This document shows, piece by piece, positions 51,399 to 64,000 of a DNA stretch of 64,000 nt. Origin of the DNA: Tubiluchus corallicola (Eukaryota > Animalia > Priapulida); contig JAQGDQ010000403.1 of the NCBI GenBank assembly GCA_030141605.1, positions 124,001 through 188,000 of the forward strand. The letters are read 5' to 3'. A model generated the notes under the pieces. It was not told where the DNA came from. It saw only the letters and a list, made by a program, of their open reading frames with translations, and did not search any database. Made by a program: the position numbers and the translations under genes. Numbering within the stretch: position 1 is the first letter of the stretch; every line of letters starts with the position of its first letter.

Positions 51399-52961
51399 AT
51401 TGAAAACTGGAAGAATATGCACAATGAACGTAACAAAAGGCTAATAATATCGATAAATCTTCTATAGCTATGTTATGTAAGCCATGTCAACCATAAATTA
51501 TTAATAGAATCGGCCAGGTGGCCTTTCTGATCGGTGACAGTACGTGCCTGGAGTACGTGCATAATCTTTTGACAAATCAGTACATTGGAAAAGTGATAAC
51601 CTTACACGAAAGCCATACACAATATAAATACAACATCAATTAGTTCTTAAATTCCACAGTTAAGGCATTTATTCCCAGGAGGGCATTGTTCAATTTAAGG
51701 AGTATCACATTGTCGCTCGACTGGATGGTGTGATTTTAAAGCTTTGCCTTTTTGTCTCAGCTGGCAATCTCCGGGGCGTCACGGAAAAGTATGGTAACTT
51801 GATCATTGTGCGACGCATATTCAGTAAATACTCCAATCTAATTTTTCCTAGCAGTCCGGTGTCTCACAGAACTGCCTTTAGGCCTAAATTATGCCATACG
51901 TGTTTGTATTTATTGGCGCAAACATAACAGTTTTTTTCAAATAGGCTAATAGATGTGTATAGGCAATTAATTACTGGTAACTGGAAAAATTAGCACAATA
52001 AATTTAACACGCTAATAATATCAATAAATCTTCTAGCTATGTATGTCATTTACAAATTATTAATAGAATCGATGAGGCGGCGCTTGTGATCGGTGACAAT
52101 ACGTACCAGGAACAGCCATGCTAATGGGTTACACCGCACACTTAGCAACTAGTACGCAAGGACGTAATAGGGCTGATTGAAAAGAAAATCCGAGAATGTT
52201 GTTATGGGAACAGTCAATATTACTGTTAGGTATAGACCTAAGGGTTGGGCCATAGCATTGCGTTTTAAAATGATGTATTAATCACTACAATTCTAATAAA
52301 ATCCGAAAATGAAGTGTTCTGAAGGTTTTTAATTACATACCACCCAATGAGCTACGCCAAGTAACGCGATACGTACAAGTGTTTAACAGTATAATTTGTA
52401 CCTCATTGATTTAATGATGCACGTAAAAGCAATAATGTTCAAAAGTTCAGATCATTCCTTAAAACTTAAAATTTTATAATTAATTAGAAATTTAATATGG
52501 ACTTATGGATTTAATTACGGCTGATTTTTATATTACATGTATTACGATTTTAGTTTGATTTATAACAGCCTATTGTGTATGTACTACTTAGGTGTTAATA
52601 TTTTAAGTATGTAAAATCTCTTTGTCCATTTTTAATGTTAATGCAGTTTAAATATTAAATAAATTATTATTGATTATTATTATTATTATTATTATTATTA
52701 TTGTTATTATTATTATACAACTCAAGCTGTCTTCATTTTAAAAAAATTACGCTATTCACGCATGTTTTAGCATTTTCGTTGCCGGTCGAGAGTTTTACGT
52801 AACGTTTGGGTATTACTGCAAATATAGCGCTGACATTTTGGTCAAGGCTGTTGCAGTAGTTTACAATGCAAAATATGATGTAGTACGAATTCTGTGTTTA
52901 AGTAAAAACACAGTCCGAGAATTAGGTAGGAAACTATAAACAAATCTGAAAAAACTTAAAC

Positions 52962-53033
52962 TGCGTCGGCCGGGAGTCGAACCCGGATCAACTGCTTGGA
53001 AGGCAGCTATGCTAACCGTTATACCACCGACGC
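52962..53033 (-). tRNA. tRNA-Gly (anticodon TCC)
   Basis: GCGTCGGTGGTATAACGGTTAGCATAGCTGCCTTCCAAGCAGTTGATCCGGGTTCGACTCCCGGCCGACGCA: full cloverleaf, A and B boxes, downstream T-run terminator. Confidence 0.97.
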
Positions 53034-54204
53034 TGAACAAAAATAAGTACACAAACACATACTTGGAAAGTGCTGCAATTCAGTAAGCGTCACACAACGA
53101 GTTTCTTAAACAATGTTATCTTTCGGCCAGGAAATGAGCATTACCTGATCATAAACACAAACAAAATTAATGTTACACAATACACGCAGATTTCTCAGGA
53201 CTGAGCTAGAAACACGCGTAAAAGTGGGTTGTGGGACTGCAGCTTGGCGCTATCTCTCGACCGTTAAATGAATTATCTTGTCGTCTGCATTGCAAACAAA
53301 CATGCTTCACAGGAGTACATGATTTTTTAAAAAGTTGTTTAGAACATGTGCGAAAGTAAATATTCGGAGAAGTATGACAAGGTAAAATAAAAACAACATG
53401 AAGATCTGTGTGTGTTTATTTGTAATAGGAGCAAATATTTTTATGACCAAAGGAATAATAGGAATTACAGCATTAAACTGTGTTGACTAAACAATTCCAG
53501 CCAAATGTTACTATAACAAGATAAGATATTACAATACTCGAAAATTAAATTGTCAGAAAATTAACGGTTACCGCACGTGTGCAACAGCAGCCTATCTGTT
53601 CAAAAACAAAAAGCAGTGCAACCAACAGTGCCTATCCAAACCAGGCAATCCACTTTTTTGCTTGGCATCCAAAGAGCTTTTAAAATTACGAAAAAATGTC
53701 ACTATAATAAACTGTGGTATTACAATGCTCGAAAACTCGAATGGTTACTGCACGTATCTAACAGCAGCTTATGTATTCCACAACAAAAAGCAATGCAGCC
53801 AGGACTGCACATTCAAACCAGCTATGTGCAACAATCACTAGCAAAGGGGCCATGTGTGTTGTGTACCGTTTGAAGAGATGGCATTATCTCTTCAAGAAGA
53901 AGAAGAAATGTAAACAATTTGATTATCGAGGTTGAGAAGGAAATGCAAACAATTTTTTGAGCAAAAAAACAATGTGAAGAAAAGTGCAAAAAATATTCAG
54001 TTAATTTTACTTGACTTGTTATGTACATATAATTAAGGACTAATAAATAAATTATTTATTTTCAGATGATAAAAAGTGTCATTAATTAGCTATTACTAAG
54101 TAAAACAATCACAGCTTAAATGTCGCCGTGAAGACACTAATTGGATTTTCTTCATACACAATGTGCAGTTAAAGATTCTTCAAATTCAAAGTTTAGTCAC
54201 CAAA

Positions 54205-54248
54205 TTTAGTGTTCAGTCCAGTACTGTTCAGTGACTTTTTGTATCAAG
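54205..54248 (+). promoter_or_regulatory. Possible start site and short non-coding first exon of the ZP gene
   Basis: TCAGT initiator-like motifs followed by the donor AAG|GTAAGC at 54249. The first coding exon has an acceptor (gtgcag) 2 nt before its ATG. Confidence 0.35.
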
Positions 54249-55834
54249 GTAAGCAGTCAAAAACTGCTACTCAGGTGAAACAGGCAAAAACAAACTTAGG
54301 CAAAACTTGCAATTATTATCTCATGACATTTCTTTATTAGCTGATAAAGAAACTTCCTCCTACAATGAATATTTTTGGAATAATGACCAACTCACATGAT
54401 CTTCATCTGAAACATCTTCCCAACTATACATACTCAAATCTTTCAGTTTCATAATTATAATAAGGAGTGCACAGTAAAATATGTTGTAAGTGCTCCAAGT
54501 CCAAAGCATACTTGTTCATGGCTACTCTGTCATGTTCAGCTATTTTCTAAGTTCCACCTAAGTAAGGCTTTCACATTCACTTCCAAGGCACTAATTTTCG
54601 CCTTTATAGGCAGCACAATAAGGCGGAGAACATGCTTCAAGTTTTTTTGCCACTGTCACAAACCTTTTTCCATCTATGTCAGTTGTTTTTAAACCCACCC
54701 CAACCCAATGCTAGTGCCGAAATGTTTCCAAAGACTTCTAATTTAAGTGTATCTTCTAAAACATGATTCTTTTTATCCATTTAGACTTTATCCCATTAAG
54801 CACTGCAAATGATATTACCCCTGTCATACCGTAATAAAACTTGTAGCAACATGCAGTGCAGCTACAAATTATTATTTTAATGTCGGTCTGAATGGATTTG
54901 TCACCACAGATTTGATCGAGAACAAACTCAGCATTATCTAGAAGCAGAAAGGATTGAAATTTCTCTACCTCATAAGAGAGGGCAGTAGCTGTTCATTTGT
55001 TGTTTTTACAGCAGACGGTTGTTGTAAGATGAAAGCCTGTTTTTGGTTACGCGGTTCAACACAGTAATATTTAAAAAATACATGAGTGACTACTTTTTCC
55101 TTTTAAGAATGACAATGTAGCATTGACTGTTGATGCCAAAAGCTGGCAAGATACTCTTTTTCTTGTTTGAGGCTGTAAAACTAGTGTAGTCTCTGAAAAT
55201 AGGAAGATGAGTAAAATTTGCAAGATCTGGGTAACTTTTCTCTTTCATGTACATGATAAATTTTTAATTTTTGTGGCAATCCTGAAGAAGAAAAAAAAGT
55301 TTTGCTGTACTTTCCTATAATTATAAGTATTATAACCTGATGGTTGGAGGAAAATTTTAATGTGGGTTCATTCAGTGCATTGTCCAACAAATTAAGAAAA
55401 ATCTGTGCATGTGTTAATTGGGCAAAAAGTCTTTGAAAAGATAAACTACTATGAGCAATTCAATTGTAATTCGTTAACTGAAAATAAACAAAACTTGCAA
55501 GATGAAAGTCATGAAGCTAATAAAGATCCTAGCAAAAAATTAAGTTCATTTTGCTGGGGCATTATCTAAAAGGAGGAGTGCAGCCATCTTTACTCATGCG
55601 ACTACCATGCCCACCTCTTCAATTAGCAATCTCCAACCTAGGATAAGCTAAAATCTGTTTACTGTAGACCAAAATACTAAGTAGTTGACATGATTTTTCC
55701 TAAATTTCCAAGAATCAGATTTTATAGTGAAATATACCAGAATCGTTATCCATGTAAAAAGTTTTAACTTTGTCCATTTTACAGAATGCATTGATTATGT
55801 ACAATATAACAAGTGTTTTTATTTATGTGCAGAA

Positions 55835-58800
55835 ATGGAAATAGACACAAAGCTATTGGTGTGGATGTTCTTCTTAATACAGGCACTCACAACAGCACAG
55901 GAAGTATCCAGTAAGTATATGTGCTTAAATAAACCTGAAACTCTCAACTTACTGTAGTTAAGAGAACATTAGGTTTGGAGATAGGTTTAGGATTTAAACT
56001 TTATGCTACAACTACAGTTTCTTTTTCATCAAAAGGTAGTTGGCAGTCTATCAGGCTTAAAGAAAACAATAAACTCACAAACTAACATGCTATCTTAGGA
56101 AGAAATGGACAGGCCAATGCACAAAGAGGCAAATGTGCTGTAGTGCTAGGAACCTGCATTTGCTGACAGTCAAACAAGTTGGAAATTTGTTAACTATCTA
56201 ATTTTCAGTTCATTAATTGAGGTTCAATGTGGTATAGGAACACAAAATTACGTTTATTTATTACGACATTTAAACCCTCTTTAAAACTGTTTGGTAGGTT
56301 ATGTGACTAAATACATCCACTGGGTAACTAGTCCAGTAGAACTTCATAAACAGTTGTCCTATTTGGTCATGATGGAAAATAAAGGCTTTACAGAACCACT
56401 TACTCGCACAAGACTGAATGCTTAGTTGCATATGCTCCTTAATCTTCAAAATAGTTGTTATGTAACTTATGTAAACAACTGGGCAACTGAGTAAATGTGT
56501 ATTATCACACAGTGTTATATCAGTTACAAAAATATCATAAAATTCACACTGAGGTAGCTTAAGTTAGTAAAAGGATGTTCTTAGTCATGCTGCAATCTGT
56601 ATAGTCAATTAGTAAGTAGCTCAGTTGGTCGTACAAACACTAAAATGGTAAAATTCTTTGTACACTGTTGCCAAAAGTGAGTTTGGATAGCTATATATGA
56701 GAAATAAGCACTCATCATATCAAATGAGTGGGGGGGGGGGGCAGTAAAGTTCATTCACTGTTGAAAACTTTGTTATTCTGACTGACTAACAGAAGTTATG
56801 CAGAAAAAGTGCCTTTTTTTACAATCCTAACAAGTTTCTGTCACTTTTAGAAAAAGATGTAACTTGTAATACCGATGACATCCAATTGGATCTGCTTTTC
56901 GGGGGGCGGTTTAATGGTATTGTTTATGCAAAGGACTACTTCTCAAGGTCAAGATGTCGACAAGAAGGAGAAGGTTCCAGAACCATGAGATTCTCTCTAG
57001 AATTAAACACGTGTGGTGTTAATGAAGATGTAATGATCTTGAGATATTTTTGTACTTTTTATATTAGCACTACACATGTAGAACCAAACTGTTAGAACAG
57101 CCAGTAAATAGCTCTCATGAGATTTATGATTATTTGAATATTAATGAAACTTGTGCGAATTCAATGGTTGATGCTATTCCAACACTTGCTGTTCATTTGA
57201 AGCAATTTCTTCTATGATGTCTACATATATTTTGCAGGATGATATTGCTGAAGTTACCATCATTGTACAAAAAAATCCTGATGTTATACTTGATGGCGAT
57301 GAAGCATACCACATTACTTGTGATTATGGCACTCAGGTTGGAGACACCGTGAATTTGAATGTTGGTCTTCGCCCAAAGTAAGTTCAAATTACCATATACA
57401 ATCACACAATTGAAGAAGTAACCTAATGAGAATGCAATGTTTTACTGTTTTAAAATATTGTAAGCTATGTTTCTTCTACTAAATATGATACTTAATATGT
57501 CTGCCTGCAGGAAAATCTGCATTATGTGAAAATCTGAAATCCATACTCTTAAAAGTAAAACTTGTATTCTATAAACACTTTTGTTTTAATAGCGATTTAC
57601 CAACAGAATCTCTTGACTCAGCTGCAGAAGAACTAGCTGTAGTCATGAGCATTCTCCCAGACAACGACGCGTTTCGCGACGATGAGGTGACTGAAGTGGA
57701 TGTCGGAGATACTATCGTGCTGGCTGTTGATCTGGTGGACACTGGTAAGTTGCCCTCTACCCATTTCTAATGCAGAGAAGTGGACTGATTTGATGCTTTG
57801 AAATATTTTGGAAAGTGAAAAGGTAATCTAATAAACTCAGTGGAGCTAAGAAAGAAGGTTAAAGGTGTAGCCACCATTTTTATGTCTGCCTATCTGGCTT
57901 TACATTTTCTTCATCTGATAAACAGACTTTGAATTTCAAAGTATTTTTCAGTTCCACTGATCATTTATATCAACAAATTAGGCAGCTGCAAACACAGTGA
58001 AGAAAGACCTGGAAAACTAATTCCAAAAATAAATCGGAGAATCTGTTATCAAAAGCACTTTTCACATTCACACCACAATGATATTTTGGCTAGCAAACAA
58101 ACATTGAATGGTAAAATTGTAGCTTTCCCAAACATTTTATTAACCAATTTAGTTGGACCAAGCTTCAGCACATTTCACACATACTGTGAAATTTTGTAAT
58201 GAATTCAAATTATTTATGATTGCCAACGGTTTTTAGCTGGTCCACACCTTTCATGTCAGTGCTTGGGCCAGTATGAAAGCTATTTGTTTATTTTAGCAGT
58301 CCTTTTGCTGGTGTGTAATATACTATTTATTCTCAAAAATACCTAACTGCAAACACTTTAAAGTAAGCTCTTAGGAATCTTGCTGTCCACATTTAAACAA
58401 CTTGACTCTAAACCAGAACTTGAACATCTAAATTGAGTCACAAATTTAACATGTGCTATTGTGTGCAGAAGGTATTCATGCTTGTAAAATCCTGCCATTT
58501 GCTACATGTTCACCAGTGGTTGTGGAAACATGGCAGTGAACAGATCAAATTAGTGAAATTCTGTTGTGTGGTCCAAAAAATGGAAATAACTTGTCAATAT
58601 CTTTTCAGAATAAGAGATATTTATATTTCTTTTGAGAAATACTTTTTAAGATTTGCCTAGTCATTTGTTATGGCACACATGCACATTTTCTGGTTTAGTT
58701 CCAAATATCATACATTAAAGCGGATAATAATATTTTTTACTAATATACATTAATAAAGAGGTAATTAATTTTGTTTTAGATGATTATGAGTCATTTCGCT

Positions 58801-61413
58801 TGTATTCTTGCACTGCAGAAGACAATGATGGAAATGAATTATCACTTGTAGATGACGATGGGTAAGCTGCCTTCTCAGTTTTTTTAATAAAGAAACATTT
58901 TTTCATACCAATTAATACTAGTAGTTCGTACAAGTATTTGTTAGTGTATGTATGTACAGTACAAGGTTCTACTACAAATTGCTTTATGAATTTCAGTAGC
59001 TTCAGAAATTTTTTTGCTGAAAACACTGAATAAACTCATTAACATGGTAGATGCGAATCGTTAACATTGTGTGAATTAGGCAAATGACTATCAGACTATT
59101 GATAAATGATACGGATCACGTTATAGTTAAATATGGCTAATGTTCCTTTTTTGTGCAATTCGGAATCTTGAGACCGATATCTGATTCAGTACACACCCTC
59201 TCTTTACGATGTAAACAGCCATAATCAGCACGGCGAATGAAACAGCCCAGAACGAAAATCGATGTGCCTCACACATTCAATCACTGATCAATCTGGGGTC
59301 CATTCTCAAATAAACTTAAATAGAGAAGCTTTAATTAACTCGTGAACCTAATTAAATGTTCCTAGTCATAGAAATATTAATGCCAAGATTAAATCAGTAA
59401 AATTGGTTATCATTGCAAAGTGGAATAATTTCACGATTTGTAACGACATCTTTCTCTTATAATTGCCAGTGTTTAATGTCATTGCAGATGTGTTGAGAGT
59501 GACGCCTATGACCAAGACATAGTCAGTACACCAACTGTCCGCCGTAGACAAAATCAAGATGACGAATACAGGAAATACTTTGAAATGAAAGCATTCAAAT
59601 TCCCAGATATGGATCAAGTGACATTTAAATGTGTTGTAACTCAATGTGAACCAGATGATACCAGTTGTTCATTGGTAAGTAAAATTTCTGTATTACTTGA
59701 TTTTGTTCTGTACTAGCAGAAGCCTGATGTAGAATACATGGGTACTAATCATTTGAAAAATAAAAAAGACAACATTACTGGTAAACTACTACAGAAAAGG
59801 TAACTTAGAAAAATTACCTACCTTCAGTAATAAACCACTTATTTTTTGAGCAATCAACTGCCCCTACAATTACTTAAAGAAAGTAACTCTTTTTAAAAAC
59901 AGCTCATCTGTAATGTCTGAGCGACAAACATTTAATACAGCTAACAATTAGGTGTGGAAGCAAAACGAAAAAAATCACAAATCAATGGAATCATGTATGA
60001 CAGTTTTATTTTAAAGACACAAAAATCTTTTTGGCTAGAGCAGTAAGTTGTAAGTTACCGTAAAGTATTTGTAGTAACTACATATATATTTCATCCAAGG
60101 ATGTTACCGAAACTGAATTTAGAAACCGAAACCGAAATTTAACAAACATAAGAAATGGATATCGAAATGAAACTGAACAGAAACACTTTTGCGAAACCAA
60201 CTAGTATTAAAACTTAAAAAAGGGAAATTATCGAACCGAAAATTTAGTTTTGGTAACATCCCTGATTTTATCTAATACGAAAATGACGGATGGTAAAAAA
60301 TTAAAATCATAAATTTGGCAGCCGGGTAAACAAATTCACAGGGAGAGCTCTACTGCAAAAAAAACAACAAAACTAGCATAACTGAACTACTGTTACTGAC
60401 ATTTCCTATATCATTGCAACAGTAACTTACATGTTAATTTACGTCTGAATTCAGCAATGTGATGCTCAAAGCGACGAACCAGAAAATGTTAGGACTCCTC
60501 AGACAGCAAGTAGCAGGAGACGCTTCAAGCGTGGCGTAGAGGAAATAGTAGCGAGAGCCAGTCAAATTACAGGTACAACCAAGCGGACCACTCCAACACC
60601 GCCTGATGGAAAAACGAGGCTGTTCGGAACGGTTACGGTGAATGCACCACAACTGGAACCCCCTACAACAACTGAAAGTGAGTACAATGCTTACAAGATA
60701 AATACGATTTCAATCATAAACAAGATTTGACATTAAAGTGGATATTAACAGTATCGTGATGGCCGTGGCGCCTGTGAAATCATTAACGTTACTTAAAATT
60801 TGCTGTTATTTGATATAATCCTGTGAGACTACAAGTCTTTAGTCAAAAAGCTACAGAGCAATGGCAATAAATTAAGGTTAAGGCCTGACACATTCTGTGC
60901 AGTGTCACACATCAGACATGAAATGAACTGTATCGTGATTTTTCACTATTTATTTCACACGAATGTATAGTCCATTTTGTTTTTAAACCCACAAATCACA
61001 TCTATTGCATATTTCAACTCTCTTTATGTTCATGACACTGTATCAATTTTGAAGTAACATTAGAATGTGTACATTTTCAACATCTCTTGGAAAGCAAAGC
61101 ACGTAGTACATGGTAATACAGTAATACTAAGTTTTTATCTCATACAGCACCAGAAGAGGAAGCTGAGAAGCAACAATACTGTTTTACCGTATCTTATCTG
61201 GTGGCGTGTGCATGCATCGTCTTTGGGTTGATCATGATGGCATTTACCGCGTGTCTTTGCTTCTGCGTCCGCTGGCATCGTGATGCAAAGGCACGTCAGC
61301 TCGCCGGGGATAGTCAACAATCAATTCTGAGCACCTCAAGCAGAGTGGACATGACCCGCATACCTCGACCGTCTTTGATACAGCGAGATAACAGTGAGCG
61401 TCCGCGTATCTGA
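55835..61413 (+). CDS. Cuticlin-like zona pellucida (ZP) domain transmembrane protein, about 434 aa
   Basis: Exons 55835-55910, 56851-57029, 57238-57377, 57593-57744, 58780-58861, 59488-59674, 60455-60677, 61148-61413 (1305 nt, in frame). Signal peptide; ZP-N (VTCNTDDIQL..FNGIVYAKD..C..CG..IIVQ..CDY); ZP-C (SCTA..LVDDDGC..AFKFPDMDQVTFKCVVTQC); furin site RRRFKR; transmembrane helix and short tail. Confidence 0.9.
60096..60264. mobile_element. Small hAT-type MITE with (ACCGAA) subterminal repeats
   Basis: Termini caaggatgttacc and ggtaacatccctg; duplication atttcatc / attttatc (7 of 8 match). Confidence 0.75.
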
Positions 61414-63884
61414 TGAACTCGTCTGAACAGAAATCGTGCTCAATCGTCAGTTAATGATTTGAATGTTCATTTGGCTGCCAGACATATAAAATCAAACTGG
61501 AAACAATGTCCATTTCAATAAAGTTTAAACACTACATGAGCAGTAATTTAACATAAACCTTACACACACTGAATTCATGATGACCATACCCTGGGTGATT
61601 CAAGTTGGTTATACAGAAATACTTAAGCAAGGTATCTATATTCTGAGTACTTACATCAAGTTATATAGTGTGACTGTGTTTTGTGTCTGTTAACAATATA
61701 CAGGTAGCTACCTATTAAATTTAAAAAATTGTGCAATATCAAGTAATTTTATGGTTTTGCCTGAACTTGTAACATTTTTAAGTGTCGCTAATTGTTTGAT
61801 ATAGAGGTTTTGACACATACTTGGTGTCTGTTACTGGAAGTTTTTCTAGTCAAAGAACTTGGTTGAAAATATTTATCTTTTAATTTGCTAGATAAGTATG
61901 GTGTCTTTACCCGTTATGCTGCATTTTGCTTTGTGAATAACATTTAATTTTTACAAACAACGTAATATTCTATTAAAAGAAATAACAATGCATCATCTCC
62001 GAGTCTGCGGCCAATGCTGAAAAGCAGCTAAATACATGGTATGACACTGCCAGAAACCTCAGATAGACATGCTACTTTGCACGAATACTTAGGTATTTTA
62101 ATATTGCAATGTAACTCGTCGCCTTTTAGACTGTGTCATATGTTGGTTTGTATTTATAAAATACTTTAAATATAAAAAAAAATCTGCTTATCAACGTATT
62201 GAACTTGGATCATATTCTATTGGTTTTAATCATTAAATTTTTATGAATTTGTCCTAATATTATATTGCTTGCAGTGATGAGTGTGTAATGTAAAATGTAT
62301 GCAATTGCTAACTATTATATACATGTATATTGATATCTATCCTTTCAATTATTTTATGCATCACTGTAAGCTAAATCTGTGATAGTTTGTGTTTTGTAAC
62401 CTAATCAGTCACTAATGTAACAGTATAATGTAACAAGATCTACAAGCCAAATTTCGGTTATAGAATTCATTATGGTTAGTTACCCACTGAGAATTCTGCA
62501 AAATTACTATTTTAAGGAATCGTTAAAATAATATGTAATGTAAATAGAGATATGACTCATGGTCCATAATCAATGAAAGTGTTTTTTAATTAATGTATCT
62601 GAAATTGATTTTGCAAACTTATGAAACTTATGCTCGGATAATCTTATTGGAACATATTTTTATTAACAATGGTAACTGGTATAATATTAATTATAATACA
62701 ATATTGCTTTTTTTAGAATAAACCAGTAGCATTCACGTTTTTCCAAACTATCTGATTTTGCAATAATTGAACACTACCTAAAATTATATGTAATAGAAAT
62801 CTCATGGATATGGTATATCATAATGCAGTTATAATTACAATGAATCTACTGTAAGTCTGTAATGCCTCTACTATAATGTAGATAGAAGTTAGAGTACAAG
62901 TTGTATAGCTTTTGTGTTGTTTTTTTATGCACATGCTTATGTTTGAATTGTAAATTCTTCATTTTAGTCGCATTCAGCTACAATAACAGAGAAAAAAGAT
63001 ATATGGAAAAATTATTAAGCCAGCGACATAAATTTTCACACCTATGCAATTTTTATTACGAAGATTCCTCTACTGATACTAATTATTGACGAAATCTTCA
63101 TAGCAGAAAGATTTGGGAGTATCAGAAGACTAGTTATCCTGTTAAAATGGTAAAAATAAAACTCTGCTGTATCAAACTACTAATAAACGCAACACTGTTA
63201 TTCTCTACAATTGTATTCATTCTGAGTATGCGTGTGTGCGTAAAAATTTTGTCAACAAAAATAACAAGTTGCCGACATGTATTATGCAGTAATTTCAGTG
63301 TAGATAAAAGTACTCAAAACCATCAAACATTTCTGTTTAATAACATCTATTTAGGAGCTCGTAAAATCAGTATCACAATTTTTTGAACTGTTACAAATAG
63401 CTAATAATTATTGGAAAAGTGACTAACAATTAAAGATCTAAAAAAGTCGTGGCATAAAACTGTAAAATCATATTGACAATTCATCCCTGAATAGTGACTA
63501 CAATTATTGAAAATAGTACAAAATATTTCAGTACAACTATAATTTACAGTGAAACGCGACAACATAATTAAATAGAAAATAATGGAAAAATGATATGTAT
63601 GTCTCATCATAAACAGGACTGCAAATATTCACTGTACTTCAGTATGCTGAATGTTGATCACTTGAATACTGCAAGAATACTACAAAAATCTAACGTAGCT
63701 ATAAAGCAATTTCTTCATTCTGCTGTCGCACTGTACCGTCATAAGAGCAAAAATCACAAAACACATAAAATTTTAATTATAATCTTAATGCCAAGGTTAT
63801 AATAAATAATGGATCATGGCACAAACCCACATTATTTATTAACAATTCTGATACCGAACTTGAATAACACGAAATACAGAAAAG

Positions 63885-63955
63885 TTGTGATACAGCCTAG
63901 ATTTGAACCAGGGACCTGCTTAGAAGGCGACACTTTAGACCACTCCCGGTGGTAA
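63885..63955 (-). repeat. Degenerate tRNA-derived SINE head
   Basis: The minus strand reads gagtggtctaaagtg..ggtccctggttcaaatctagg, giving A- and B-box-like motifs without an intact cloverleaf. A similar relic lies at about 35600-35670. Confidence 0.45.
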
Positions 63956-64000
63956 GGCAGTCGGAAGTTCATCCCTGCAGCTGGCTAGCCGAATTCTGCA

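Overview
AT-rich, intron-containing invertebrate animal genomic DNA; the species cannot be named from the sequence. Protein genes: (1) separase/ESPL1 on the minus strand, 20 coding exons and about 1850 codons, running off the left edge before the protease domain; (2) CFAP410/C21orf2 on the plus strand, 6 exons; (3) an intronless PPP1R11/Inhibitor-3 ORF nested on the same strand in CFAP410 intron 1; (4) an intronless, membrane-anchored peptidylglycine alpha-hydroxylating monooxygenase (PHM) with no PAL domain and ten 12-aa repeats, each carrying an N-glycosylation sequon; (5) an 8-exon cuticlin-like ZP-domain membrane protein. There is one tRNA-Gly(TCC), and many hAT, Harbinger, Kolobok and TcMar-type MITEs, RTE-derived short retroelements, a BEL/Pao gag relic and microsatellites. 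The leading candidates for something new are the apparent one-promoter, two-protein CFAP410/PPP1R11 locus, the PHM on a glycan stalk, and ABBA/D-box-like APC/C motifs in separase. All exon models were assembled by eye from GT-AG sites and frame continuity, and family calls come from recalled motifs; no database search was run.
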